From assembly GCA_034420555.1 (NCBI GenBank), contig DAOULF010000259.1:13444-77443 (forward strand): 64,000 bases of DNA, given 5' to 3'. The position numbers and the translations under genes were made by a program. How positions within the stretch are numbered: the first letter of the stretch is position 1; each line of letters begins with the position of its first letter. The notes below the pieces were generated by a model. It saw nothing but the letters and a program-made list of their open reading frames with translations. It was not told where the DNA came from and searched no databases. Below are positions 9,303-17,476 of this stretch, piece after piece. This DNA comes from Dehalococcoidia bacterium (GTDB taxonomy: Bacteria; Chloroflexota; Dehalococcoidia; Lucifugimonadales; UBA1123).

Positions 9303-11987
9303 CTACCCTGCCAAGCGGTCGAGTATATCCGTGAGACGCGCTATTCTCTCCTGGGCGCTCGTCAGACGGTCGCGTTCCCGGTCAACTACCTCTTCGGGAG
9401 CGCGGCTGACGAAGTTCTCGTTGGACAGGTTGCGCGTGATGCGCTGCTCGTACTTGGTGAGTTCTCCAAGCTCCGACCTGATCCGGCGGGTTTCCTCGTC
9501 AAGGTCAACCAGACCGCCGAGCGAGACTGCAAGCGTACCCGACGCCAGGGCTTGAACAGCCATGTCTGATGATCCGGCTGCCTCGTTCTGAGCATTCGTT
9601 ACACTGAGGTCAATCATGGCCTGCGATCCGATGAAGTCCAGCGACTCCCGGAACACGACTGAATGCACGCCGGAGCCGGAGATCTCGGCCTCCAGCCGCT
9701 CGTTGTTCTGGATTCTGAATTCCGCTCGCAGGTTGCGGGCGGCGCGAACTAGCTCGATGATGGACTCGACCTCAGCCTCCGCCTCGGCATTGTACTGGGA
9801 GGCGTTGCTCTCAGGATACGGCGCTACGATCAGCGCTTCGGGACGGTCCGTGGCCTCGGGAAGGACATCCACCAGCCGCGTCCAGATCTCCTCCGTGACG
9901 AACGGCATGAAGGGATGGAGCATCCTCAGCATCTTTTCGAGAACGTGGGCCAGAACAGGCAAGGGAGAAGGCGTATCCTCCGTTCGTAGCCGCACCTTGC
10001 TCATCTCGATATACCAGTCGCAGAACTCGTTCCACAGGAAATCGTGTATGGCTCGCTGCGCCTCTCCGAACTGGTAGTCCCGCATACTCGCTTCCACCTG
10101 CTCGGCAACCCGGTTCAGGCGGCTGACTATCCAGCGGTCTTCACGATGTTCCACGTCATCCAGGTCGTGCCAGCCGTGCAGGTCGGAACTTGAGGCTCTC
10201 TCGAGATTGCTGATTACGAAGCGCGCGGCGTTCCAGACTTTATTGGCGAAGTTGCGGCTCGCCTCCAGTTTCTGCTCGTTCATTCTCATGTCGTTGCCGG
10301 CCGACGTGCCGGTCGTGAGCGCGAAGCGCACCGCGTCCGCCCCGTACTGGCGCACGAGTTCGAGCGGATCAACGACGTTGCCCTTCGTCTTGCTCATCTT
10401 CACGCCTTCAGGGTCTCGCACCAGGCCGTGCAGATAGACCGTGTGGAAGGGTATCTCGCCCATGTTCTCCATGCCGAAGAAGATCATCCTGGCAACCCAG
10501 AAGAACAGGATGTCGTGTCCCGTCTCCATGACCGACGTCGGGTAGAAGTAGTCCAGGTCCTCGGTATCGTCCGGCCAGCCGAGCGTGGAGTGAGTCCACA
10601 GGCCGGAGCTGAACCACGTGTCCAGAACGTCCGGGTCGCGCTCAAGTTCAGAGCTTCCGCACCTCGGACAATTGGACGGGTCTTCGAGTTCCACCATCTG
10701 CTCGCCGCAGTCGCAGTACCAGACCGGGATCCGATGTCCCCACCAGAGCTGTCGGCTTATAGGCCAGTCCCGGATGTTATCCATCCAGTTGAAATACACC
10801 CTGGCGAATCGCTCCGGCACCACCTTGATGCGACCATCTGCCACGGCGTCCCGTGCGGGCTTGGCGAGCGGAGCCATCTTCACGTACCACTGGTCACTGA
10901 CTATCGGCTCCACGATCTCGTCGCAGCGGTCGCAGTGCCCGACGGCATGGTGAAAGTCTTCGATCTTTTCCAGAACGCCGTCCTCTTCCAGTTGCCGGAC
11001 TACGTTGTCCCGGGAATCGGCGACGCTCTGCCCCTGGTATGCGCCCGCGTTTTCGTTCAACGAACCGTCCAGGTTCAGGATATTCACCGTATCCAGCGCG
11101 TGACGCTGCCCTATATCGAAGTCAACTGGGTCGTGGCCGGGAGTCACCTTGAGCGCGCCTGTGCCGAACTCGATCTCGACCGACTCGTCGCCGATTATGG
11201 GCAGGTGGCGGCCAACGATGGGAAGAATCGCGTTCTTGCCGATCAGGCCGGAGTACCGCCCGTCTTCAGGGTTCACCGCGACTGCCGTATCGCCGAGCAT
11301 CGTTTCAGGGCGTGTGGTGGCGATGACGACATGACCTGATCCATCTTCCAGTCCATACCTGATGTGGTACAGGTGGGCGCTTTCGTCCTGGTACTTGACT
11401 TCGAGGTCCGAGAGGGCTGTGCGGCAGCGCGGGCACCAGTTGGTGATTCGGTTGCCCTTGTATATGAGGCCCTTCTTGTACAGGTTGACGAACGTCGTTC
11501 GGACCGCCTTGGCCGGGCCCTCGTCCAGCGTGAAAGCGCGGCGAGTCCAGTCGCAGGACGCGCCCAGCCGCTCTGTCTGACGGTAGATCCGGTCGCCGTA
11601 GTCGTCCACCCAGGACCAGACGCGCTCGATGAACTTGTCTCGGCCCAGGTCGTGCCTGCTCAGGCCGTCGGAGGCAATCTGCCGCTCCACAACGACCTGC
11701 GTGGCGATGCCCGCGTGATCCGTTCCCGGAAGATAGAGCGTGGGTTCGCCCAGCATACGATGCCACCTGATCATCAGGTCTTCCAGTGCGATGGTGAGCG
11801 CGTGCCCCATGTGGAGTTCGCCGGTCACGTTCGGAGGCGGCATGATGATAGTGAACGGCTCTTTCGAGCGATCTATCTCGGGCGTGAAGTAGCCGTTGTC
11901 GTTCCAGAACTTGTAAATACGCTCCTCTACGGCCCCTGGCACGTAGGCGCGAGGCATATCTCCCTGTGGAACCAGCTTGTTCGCCAT
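9303..11987 (-). CDS. valS: valine--tRNA ligase
   Basis: It has the class I HIGH motif (PPPNVTGELHMGHAL), the KMSKS motif (KMSKTKGN) and a C-terminal coiled coil. Its 894 aa length is typical of ValRS. Confidence 0.97.
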   Translation of the reverse strand: MANKLVPQGDMPRAYVPGAVEERIYKFWNDNGYFTPEIDRSKEPFTIIMPPPNVTGELHMGHALTIALEDLMIRWHRMLGEPTLYLPGTDHAGIATQVVVERQIASDGLSRHDLGRDKFIERVWSWVDDYGDRIYRQTERLGASCDWTRRAFTLDEGPAKAVRTTFVNLYKKGLIYKGNRITNWCPRCRTALSDLEVKYQDESAHLYHIRYGLEDGSGHVVIATTRPETMLGDTAVAVNPEDGRYSGLIGKNAILPIVGRHLPIIGDESVEIEFGTGALKVTPGHDPVDFDIGQRHALDTVNILNLDGSLNENAGAYQGQSVADSRDNVVRQLEEDGVLEKIEDFHHAVGHCDRCDEIVEPIVSDQWYVKMAPLAKPARDAVADGRIKVVPERFARVYFNWMDNIRDWPISRQLWWGHRIPVWYCDCGEQMVELEDPSNCPRCGSSELERDPDVLDTWFSSGLWTHSTLGWPDDTEDLDYFYPTSVMETGHDILFFWVARMIFFGMENMGEIPFHTVYLHGLVRDPEGVKMSKTKGNVVDPLELVRQYGADAVRFALTTGTSAGNDMRMNEQKLEASRNFANKVWNAARFVISNLERASSSDLHGWHDLDDVEHREDRWIVSRLNRVAEQVEASMRDYQFGEAQRAIHDFLWNEFCDWYIEMSKVRLRTEDTPSPLPVLAHVLEKMLRMLHPFMPFVTEEIWTRLVDVLPEATDRPEALIVAPYPESNASQYNAEAEAEVESIIELVRAARNLRAEFRIQNNERLEAEISGSGVHSVVFRESLDFIGSQAMIDLSVTNAQNEAAGSSDMAVQALASGTLAVSLGGLVDLDEETRRIRSELGELTKYEQRITRNLSNENFVSRAPEEVVDRERDRLTSAQERIARLTDILDRLAG

Positions 11988-12018
11988 ACCGAATCTCCCG
12001 TGTGATTGAACTGCAACA

Positions 12019-12048
12019 ATTCTAGTTGCGCCGTAAAGCGAGCGTCAA
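12019..12048 (-). promoter_or_regulatory. candidate sigma-70 promoter of valS
   Basis: On the minus strand, TTGACG (12048-12043) is followed by an 18-nt spacer and TAGAAT (12024-12019). GGGAG lies upstream of the ATG at 11987. Confidence 0.35.
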
Positions 12049-12163
12049 ATGGGCCTGGTCATAATGAATCTATATCGGGTTAGACTGCTGTCTAATGTGT
12101 AGGGGCGTCCCTTGTGGGCGCCCATCCGCGCTGATACAGCTTCGGTCAAAGCTGTGGCGCTCC

Positions 12164-13516
12164 TCAGCCGGAGCGAGAGGTCATGCGAAGTATTGAGTAA
12201 CCCGCGAGACCCGCGAGGACCGAGGCGCACATGATCCCGAACTGCGCGTTCAGAATCAGGACGGGATCTGTGAAGGCGAGGTTGGATATGAATATGGCGA
12301 CAGTGAACCCGATGCCCGCCAGGAATCCGACGCCGATGACGCTGGTCCAGGACACGTAGGGCGGAAGTTCGACGATTCCGAACCTGGACGCCAGCCATGG
12401 GAATAGGGTGATCCCGATGACCTTGCCGAAGATCAGGCCGGCGATGACCCCGATTGTGACGTCGCTGGTTATCACGCTGCCCAACTCGACGTCGGAGAAG
12501 TTGAGGCCGGCGTTGGCGAGCGCGAACACAGGCAGGATGACGTAGCTCGTCCAGGGATGAACGAGGCGTTGGAGCCGCTCCATAGGGGACTCGGTGCCTT
12601 GTGAGAGTTCTTCCAGTTGTCCCAGAATCGCCTCCGAATGCTCCACGTCGCCATTAGCGAGCGCCTCGCGATATTCATCTATGAGGGACTCGGACTCTTC
12701 GGCGAAGCGTTCCTTGCTGTACTGGGGCTGCGCAGGAGTCAGGAGGGCGAACAGCACCCCCGCTATCGTGGCGTGTACGCCCGACTTGAGCATCGCCACC
12801 CATATCAGGAAACCGATTATGGAAGTGGCGGCGGCGTGGCTGAACCCGACTCGATTGGCGACTAGCACTATACCCACCAGGCCCGCGACCATCGCCAGAT
12901 GCGCGAAGGATATGGACTCGGTGTAGGCGACGGCTATGACCATTATCGCGCCGAGGTCGTCCACTACGGCCACTCCGAGCAGGAATATCCTCAGTTGCAT
13001 CGGGATCCTGCGCCCCAGAAGCGCCAGCACGCCTATGGCAAAGGCGATGTCGGTGGCCATTGGCACTCCCCATCCGCGCGCGCCTTCTCCGCCCAGGTTG
13101 AATATCAGGTATATGGCGGCGGGAACCGCCATGCCGCCCAGCGCGGCTATCACCGGAAGCGCGGCGCGGCGCGGCGTTGACAGGTGTCCCAGGCGCACCT
13201 CGCGCTTTATCTCCAGGCCGACCACGAAGAAGAACAGAGCCATCAGGCCGTCGTTTATCCAGTGGTGAAGTGAGAGGTCAACATCGAACAGGCCGACGTC
13301 AATGTTCAGGTGAGTTTCGAGAATGTTGTGGTAATTGTCGTACCAGGGGGAATTGGCCCAGATAAGGGCAGCGATGGTCGCGCCCAGCAGAACCAAGCCG
13401 CCGAGCGACTCGGTGTGAATATACTGCTGGACAGGCAGGCGGACCCTGCGCGTGAGATAGGAAGTCTCGGCCTGCGCTTCCAGAGCCCCTCTGCTTCGTG
13501 GAGGTATGTGAGCCAT
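12164..13516 (-). CDS. nhaA: Na+/H+ antiporter NhaA
   Basis: WINDGLMALFFFVVGLEIKRE and the multi-TM architecture are characteristic of NhaA. Confidence 0.9.
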   Translation of the reverse strand: MAHIPPRSRGALEAQAETSYLTRRVRLPVQQYIHTESLGGLVLLGATIAALIWANSPWYDNYHNILETHLNIDVGLFDVDLSLHHWINDGLMALFFFVVGLEIKREVRLGHLSTPRRAALPVIAALGGMAVPAAIYLIFNLGGEGARGWGVPMATDIAFAIGVLALLGRRIPMQLRIFLLGVAVVDDLGAIMVIAVAYTESISFAHLAMVAGLVGIVLVANRVGFSHAAATSIIGFLIWVAMLKSGVHATIAGVLFALLTPAQPQYSKERFAEESESLIDEYREALANGDVEHSEAILGQLEELSQGTESPMERLQRLVHPWTSYVILPVFALANAGLNFSDVELGSVITSDVTIGVIAGLIFGKVIGITLFPWLASRFGIVELPPYVSWTSVIGVGFLAGIGFTVAIFISNLAFTDPVLILNAQFGIMCASVLAGLAGYSILRMTSRSG

Positions 13517-13525
13517 GTTATCGCG

Positions 13526-14170
13526 TCAGGTCCTGCTCGCGGCCTGTGGCAAGAGAGCTTCCGAAACACCGATCATGCTGTCCCGCGTGACCAGCGTGGC
13601 CAGTTCCTCTTCCAACATCCCGTCCGTTCCCGCCGGTCTGCGAGGCAGGACGAGGTAACGCAGGTCCGCCGTGCTGTCCACGACCCTCACCTGCGTATCC
13701 TCATCGAGTTCCAGGCCGAATTCGCGCATGACCGAGCGAGGTCCAACAACCGCTCTCTGCCGGTAAGCGAAGCTCTTGTACCAGTCCGGCGGCGGCCCCA
13801 GGAGCGACGTCGGATAGCAGGAGCAGAGGGTACACACCACCAGGTGATGCAGGTCGTCGGTGTTCTCCACGACCGCAAGTTCCGCGTCGTGCGTGAGCGT
13901 GTAGCCGAGTTCGTAAACCGCCGCGCGAGCGTCGTCGAGCAGGCGCTGCTTGAACGCCGGGTCTCTCCACGCCTTCGCGACGACTCTTGCGCCGTCCGAG
14001 GGACTACGCGACCGGAACAATTCGGCACGCTCCCGGACCTCATCCTGCTCGATTATGCCCTTTTCGATGAGCAGTTCGTGAATTGCAAGCGCGCGCCTCG
14101 CAGGCAGGCTAAGCTTAGTATCGGGCTGCATTCCTTCGTGCTCGGACTCGTCGTGATGATTGTCGCTCAT
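13526..14170 (-). CDS. nthA: nitrile hydratase alpha subunit, Co-type metal site
   Basis: The metal-binding motif VVCTLCSCYP (C-T-L-C-S-C, with Thr/Tyr typical of Co-type) is followed by LLGPPPDWYKSFAYRQR. Confidence 0.88.
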   Translation of the reverse strand: MSDNHHDESEHEGMQPDTKLSLPARRALAIHELLIEKGIIEQDEVRERAELFRSRSPSDGARVVAKAWRDPAFKQRLLDDARAAVYELGYTLTHDAELAVVENTDDLHHLVVCTLCSCYPTSLLGPPPDWYKSFAYRQRAVVGPRSVMREFGLELDEDTQVRVVDSTADLRYLVLPRRPAGTDGMLEEELATLVTRDSMIGVSEALLPQAASRT

Positions 14171-14235
14171 TTTGAACTCTCAGTGCTTCAAGCCATCTCT
14201 TAAATGCCGGCTCCATACTTGGGAGCGCCTCTGTA

Positions 14236-14270
14236 ATTCCCTCTCCCTTGATGGGAGAGGGTTAGGGTGA
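14236..14270 (+). repeat. family A hairpin repeat (CCCTCTCCC-TTGAT-GGGAGAGGG + TTAGGGTG)
   Basis: It forms a perfect 9-bp stem. It lies in the 151-nt spacer between the nitrile hydratase beta-C and alpha genes. Confidence 0.7.
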
Positions 14271-14321
14271 AACACGCGATTCCTCCCAAGGTTCGATATC
14301 TATGACATAGCTTCTAAACTA

Positions 14322-14639
14322 TCAGCCCTCAGTTACGGGGCGCAACCACTGCTCGTACACGTCCACGATGAGCAGGTCGTTTTCGTCCTCAGCGTAAGAG
14401 TCGCCCCAAACGTGAGACTGCTCGAACTCGACCTGGTAGAGGAGGCGCTTGGGAACTCCCGTTCCTCCGTGCGCCCTGGTCTCCGGGTCGAAGAAGGGTC
14501 CGCTCACCGCGAGCACCCTGCCCTTCTTTCCTTTGATGAACCAGGGAGTGCGATGGTGGTGATCCACGATGTCGGACTTCACCAGTACATCGTCGCCTGG
14601 CCGGAATTCACCGGGCTCTGCCGAGAAGACTATCCCCAT
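14322..14639 (-). CDS. nitrile hydratase beta subunit, C-terminal-half protein
   Basis: FRPGDDVLVKSD..HHRTPWFIKGKKGRVLAV..LYQVEFEQSHVWG..VDVYEQWL matches the SH3-like C-terminal domain of NHase beta. Confidence 0.8.
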   Translation of the reverse strand: MGIVFSAEPGEFRPGDDVLVKSDIVDHHHRTPWFIKGKKGRVLAVSGPFFDPETRAHGGTGVPKRLLYQVEFEQSHVWGDSYAEDENDLLIVDVYEQWLRPVTEG

Positions 14640-14932
14640 CGGTCGTCCAACTCTTTCACTTTGGCGTCTATCTCTTCCGTAGTAAGGACTCCCTTCTCTA
14701 CGATCAGCGTCTCCAGCGATGCGGACCAGCGTTCATAGTAGCTGTACGACTCATACAACTCGCGCGGTATGGCCTCTATGCCACGCCTGAGTTCGTCAAC
14801 CGTCACCAGGTCGCGCGTCCTGAGCGCGCCGACCAGCGCGTTGGTCAGGTGCTCCCAGTCCGCCCATTCGTGTTCCGACCTGTCTATCGGTTCGTCCGAG
14901 GGGAGTCCTCCCCTGTCGTGTACTTCGGGCAT
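14630..14932 (-). CDS. nitrile hydratase beta subunit, N-terminal-half protein
   Basis: MPEVHDRGGLP..EHEWADWEHL..YYERWSASLETLIVEKG matches the N-terminal domain of NHase beta. Its stop overlaps the next ATG by 10 nt (ATGGGGATAG). Confidence 0.8.
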   Translation of the reverse strand: MPEVHDRGGLPSDEPIDRSEHEWADWEHLTNALVGALRTRDLVTVDELRRGIEAIPRELYESYSYYERWSASLETLIVEKGVLTTEEIDAKVKELDDRWG

Positions 14933-14936
14933 AGTC

Positions 14937-15254
14937 CTACTCGTGCCCGACCGAACTCAGAGGATTCACCGTAACGCGGCTCAGAGTAACCTCTCCCGTA
15001 TTGCGGAACTGGTGCTCCACGTCGGGCGGCACTAGAACGGCGTCCCCGGCCTTTATGGGATACTCCGTCCCTTCCACCCACAGGACACCCTCGCCCTCCA
15101 CGATGTAAGCCTGATGCTCCCAGGGGTGAACGTGCTGCGCGCTCGTTCCTCCCGGCGGATGCTGCACCCACAGCATCACATAATTCGGTACGCCGTCATC
15201 CGGACCGAGAACAGGGTTGCCCCTGCCTTCCACATTCTTTATCACTGGTTCCAT
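14937..15254 (-). CDS. cupin domain protein
   Basis: It has the cupin motifs HVHPWEHQAYIVEGEG and GDAVLVPPDVEHQFRN. The ATG at 15254 has an upstream GAGG. It ends 4 nt before the NHase beta-N start. Confidence 0.8.
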   Translation of the reverse strand: MEPVIKNVEGRGNPVLGPDDGVPNYVMLWVQHPPGGTSAQHVHPWEHQAYIVEGEGVLWVEGTEYPIKAGDAVLVPPDVEHQFRNTGEVTLSRVTVNPLSSVGHE

Positions 15255-15321
15255 GTTTACCTCATTTAGTTGTTTAAGTTTAGCAGTGATATTTCCTATA
15301 TTTCGCAACCGTAGGGGATAG

Positions 15322-15678
15322 TCACAACAGCCTGTACGGGACTCGAATCAGACGCTGCCTCGCAGGGTCAACGCCAAGTCCTAGAATCTCAAGTGTAACC
15401 GCTCCAAGTATGGGGTGCATTTCCGCATCCCCGAAAACCACAACCGAGCGCACTTCCTCACCCTCCACGCGAAGAACAGTCTCCCCTATTCGGTAGTCTC
15501 GAAAACTTCCGTCTGCAAGTTCGAAAGAGCCACTCCTCTGGGCTTCGACCCCAAGGCTGTCCAGAATGGGCGCCGGAACGATTGAGAAGGTCGCGCCCGT
15601 GTCCACCAGCGCTTCCGCCATCTGGAAGCGTTCGCCCTGCGGGTCGCCCACCCCTATCGGAACATTGAATAGTCCCAT
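15322..15678 (-). CDS. retropepsin-like (clan AA) aspartyl protease
   Basis: It has the ALVDTGATFSIVP catalytic D-T-G-A motif, the 118 aa single-domain size, and ILGAVTLE near the C-terminus. Confidence 0.7.
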   Translation of the reverse strand: MGLFNVPIGVGDPQGERFQMAEALVDTGATFSIVPAPILDSLGVEAQRSGSFELADGSFRDYRIGETVLRVEGEEVRSVVVFGDAEMHPILGAVTLEILGLGVDPARQRLIRVPYRLL

Positions 15679-15693
15679 AGCTGAAGTTTCTCC

Positions 15694-16389
15694 CTAGTAC
15701 CTCTGGGCCAGCATTTCCTTCAGGCCCTCGACGGTAAACTCCGGCGAGTTGGCATATCCGATCATTTCCTGCTCGTTGTTCTCGACCCGCTTCACGGCGT
15801 CGGGAATCTCGGCGGCAATGTCGCGCGGCACCTTGATTACGCCGTGCTGGTCGCCCTGGATTATGTCCCCCGAATTGACCTCCAGGCCGCCGATTTTCAC
15901 CGGGACGCCCACGTCGGTTATGTGAACGTAGGCGTGGGACACGAGTACGCATGACGCGAAGGCGAAGAATCCCGCTTCCTGCATCTCGTCCAGGTCGCGA
16001 ACTCCACCGTTCGTAACCGTGCCGACCGCGCCCAGCGCTCGGTGCAGATTCGCCTGCACCTCTCCCCAGAACGAACCTATCGGGTTGGGATAATCAATAT
16101 CTTCCAGGACCAGCACCCTCGGCCCAGGAACCTTCATGATCTCGTCCACCCACTCGGTCCTGGAGACATTCATGTGGGCGGAAGGTGGGGCGTCCGCGGC
16201 AATCTTGGCTGTAACCGCGTACCCGATCATGTGACCCATGTTCGGGAAGATGCTCTTGATCTCCGGCCCCATGAAGCCCACGTTTCGGGGCTGAACCGAG
16301 AACGTCTCAATCGCGTTTGCTATCGAGCAAGACGGTATCTGGCGCAGCGTTTCAAGAAGGTTGGCGTCTATTGGCTTGATGTCTGACAC
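15694..16389 (-). CDS. RraA family protein (RraA / HMG-CHA aldolase-like)
   Basis: It has GAVGTVTNGGVRDLDEM and GDIIQGDQHGVIKVP. The GTG at 16389 is preceded by GGAGG. The longest ORF starts at 16437. Confidence 0.8.
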   Translation of the reverse strand: MSDIKPIDANLLETLRQIPSCSIANAIETFSVQPRNVGFMGPEIKSIFPNMGHMIGYAVTAKIAADAPPSAHMNVSRTEWVDEIMKVPGPRVLVLEDIDYPNPIGSFWGEVQANLHRALGAVGTVTNGGVRDLDEMQEAGFFAFASCVLVSHAYVHITDVGVPVKIGGLEVNSGDIIQGDQHGVIKVPRDIAAEIPDAVKRVENNEQEMIGYANSPEFTVEGLKEMLAQRY

Positions 16390-16446
16390 TTGTTGGTCCT
16401 CCTGGGACGGTAATGTTAGTTTTGGCGGTGAACCCACCGCAGGTAT

Positions 16447-16896
16447 TCAAGTCTCTATTATCTCAAAATTGCTGGTGATTCGCGCGCGGCCTCCAACGGT
16501 CGCTCCGATAGAGCAGTATTTCTCCTCAGACAGGTAAATGGCGCGCCTCACAAGGTGTTCTTTCAGACCGGAGCCGCGAATCGTGTAGTGAATCTCGATG
16601 TCCTCATAAGCCCAGGGCGGTTCGGGGTTCTGATGCCCCTTCACGCTGATTTCGATTCCATCCACCTTCTGGCGCATCCGCTCCAGGATGTTCACCACGT
16701 CTATCCCGCTGCATCCCGCCAGGGCCGTGAGAAGCATGTCGCCGGGCATGAAGCCCTCGAATTTCGCGCCCTCGCTCTGCGGCGCGTCCAGGGTAAGTGT
16801 GTGTCCGTGCGTGTCGCGCGACTCGAACCTGAAGCCTTCCTCCCAGCTAAGGTTCACTGTGTTCGACGGTCTTTCAGCGTCAGTCAATCCGTTCAC
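16447..16896 (-). CDS. OsmC family peroxiredoxin-like protein
   Basis: LLTALAGCSGIDVVNILERMRQ and a C-terminal EKYCSIG are typical of OsmC/Ohr. The start is a GTG. Confidence 0.85.
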   Translation of the reverse strand: MNGLTDAERPSNTVNLSWEEGFRFESRDTHGHTLTLDAPQSEGAKFEGFMPGDMLLTALAGCSGIDVVNILERMRQKVDGIEISVKGHQNPEPPWAYEDIEIHYTIRGSGLKEHLVRRAIYLSEEKYCSIGATVGGRARITSNFEIIET

Positions 16897-16897
16897 C

Positions 16898-17218
16898 TCA
16901 CTCGGGCATTCCTGCGTCTATCCACCTGGAAATCTCATCAATCTCGTCCGGCTTGAGGAACGGACCGCCCATAGGCATCCGCGGTATGGATCCGAATCCT
17001 TTTCTGAGGGATATGATCAGCGCGGTCTCCTCTGCGGGCACTCCCGACTCGATGAACTTGCTCCCCATGGATTCGTCGTTCGCCAGTTCCTGCGGCGTAG
17101 CCCATGAGTAGGAATGGATTCCGGGAAGACCCTTGCGGCCTTCCTTGCGCTCCCATCTTGCCATGATGCCGTCCAGGAGTTCTTGGACTCTCGGCCAGGT
17201 CGCGATTTCTGTACTCAT
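16898..17218 (-). CDS. hypothetical protein (106 aa)
   Basis: The ORF is coding-like and its stop lies 1 nt before the OsmC start. The C-terminus LKPDEIDEISRWIDAGMPE resembles the tail of planctomycete-type cytochrome c domains, but there is no CxxCH. Confidence 0.45.
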   Translation of the reverse strand: MSTEIATWPRVQELLDGIMARWERKEGRKGLPGIHSYSWATPQELANDESMGSKFIESGVPAEETALIISLRKGFGSIPRMPMGGPFLKPDEIDEISRWIDAGMPE

Positions 17219-17274
17219 GAGCCATTCCTGCGCAAACTGCTGAATATAGAACCAAAGGCATAGGCATATTATCC

Positions 17275-17295
17275 ATTGCAATACACTTTTGCAAT
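17275..17295. promoter_or_regulatory. perfect palindrome ATTGCAA-N7-TTGCAAT in divergent intergenic region
   Basis: The inverted repeat is read directly from the sequence. It lies between the minus-strand operon (start 17218) and the plus-strand reductase gene (start 17477). Confidence 0.3.
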
Positions 17296-17476
17296 CGTCT
17301 CACGATCTCCCAAACCCGCGACTCAAACCGCTTCCCCACTTCGATAGTCACTTGACCCTGTCGCCCTGTCAGATTAACCTTGACGCGAGTTACTACTATG
17401 AGGAATAAACCCTCGTTAGGGCGCTCTCCGACGGGCATAATAAGCTCCGGTGACGCCCTTGAGAAAGGAGAGCAAG

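Noticed and set aside
10428-11339. Long antisense or alternative-frame ORFs inside strong genes. Examples: 10428..11339 and 11364..12005 in valS, 45350..46675 in the SBP gene, 22619..23956 and 23071..23868 in the 5'-nucleotidase gene, 18480..19157, 20059..20901 and 52654..53499 in the GMC genes, 40879..41694 in the VWA gene, 47363..48370 in the permease genes, 29895..30833 in CapA, 34361..35122 in fabF, and 62880..63662 in the GGT gene
   Set aside because: These are typical high-GC shadow ORFs. Their products are Arg/Gly/Pro-rich and low in complexity, carry no recognisable motifs, and are fully overlapped by genes with clear family signatures.
11988-12163. T-box riboswitch upstream of valS (and upstream of glyQS at 54262-54307)
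   Set aside because: Neither leader contains a T-box sequence (AA..GGGTGG.ACC.CG) or specifier-loop architecture. The glyQS upstream spacer is only 46 nt. I found only a sigma-70-like promoter for valS.
14625-14645. Nitrile hydratase beta split as an assembly frameshift
   Set aside because: I considered this. The ATG...TAG 10-nt overlap and the existence of natural split-beta enzymes (ToyJKL, thiocyanate hydrolase) make a genuine split plausible. A 1-nt error remains possible and is listed as the refutation test.
13526-14932. Calling the three-subunit enzyme a thiocyanate hydrolase outright
   Set aside because: The gene order B-A-C matches scnBAC. However, the subunits are smaller than the Thiobacillus SCNase subunits as I recall them, and I cannot evaluate diagnostic pocket residues by eye. 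I kept the generic call of nitrile hydratase family.
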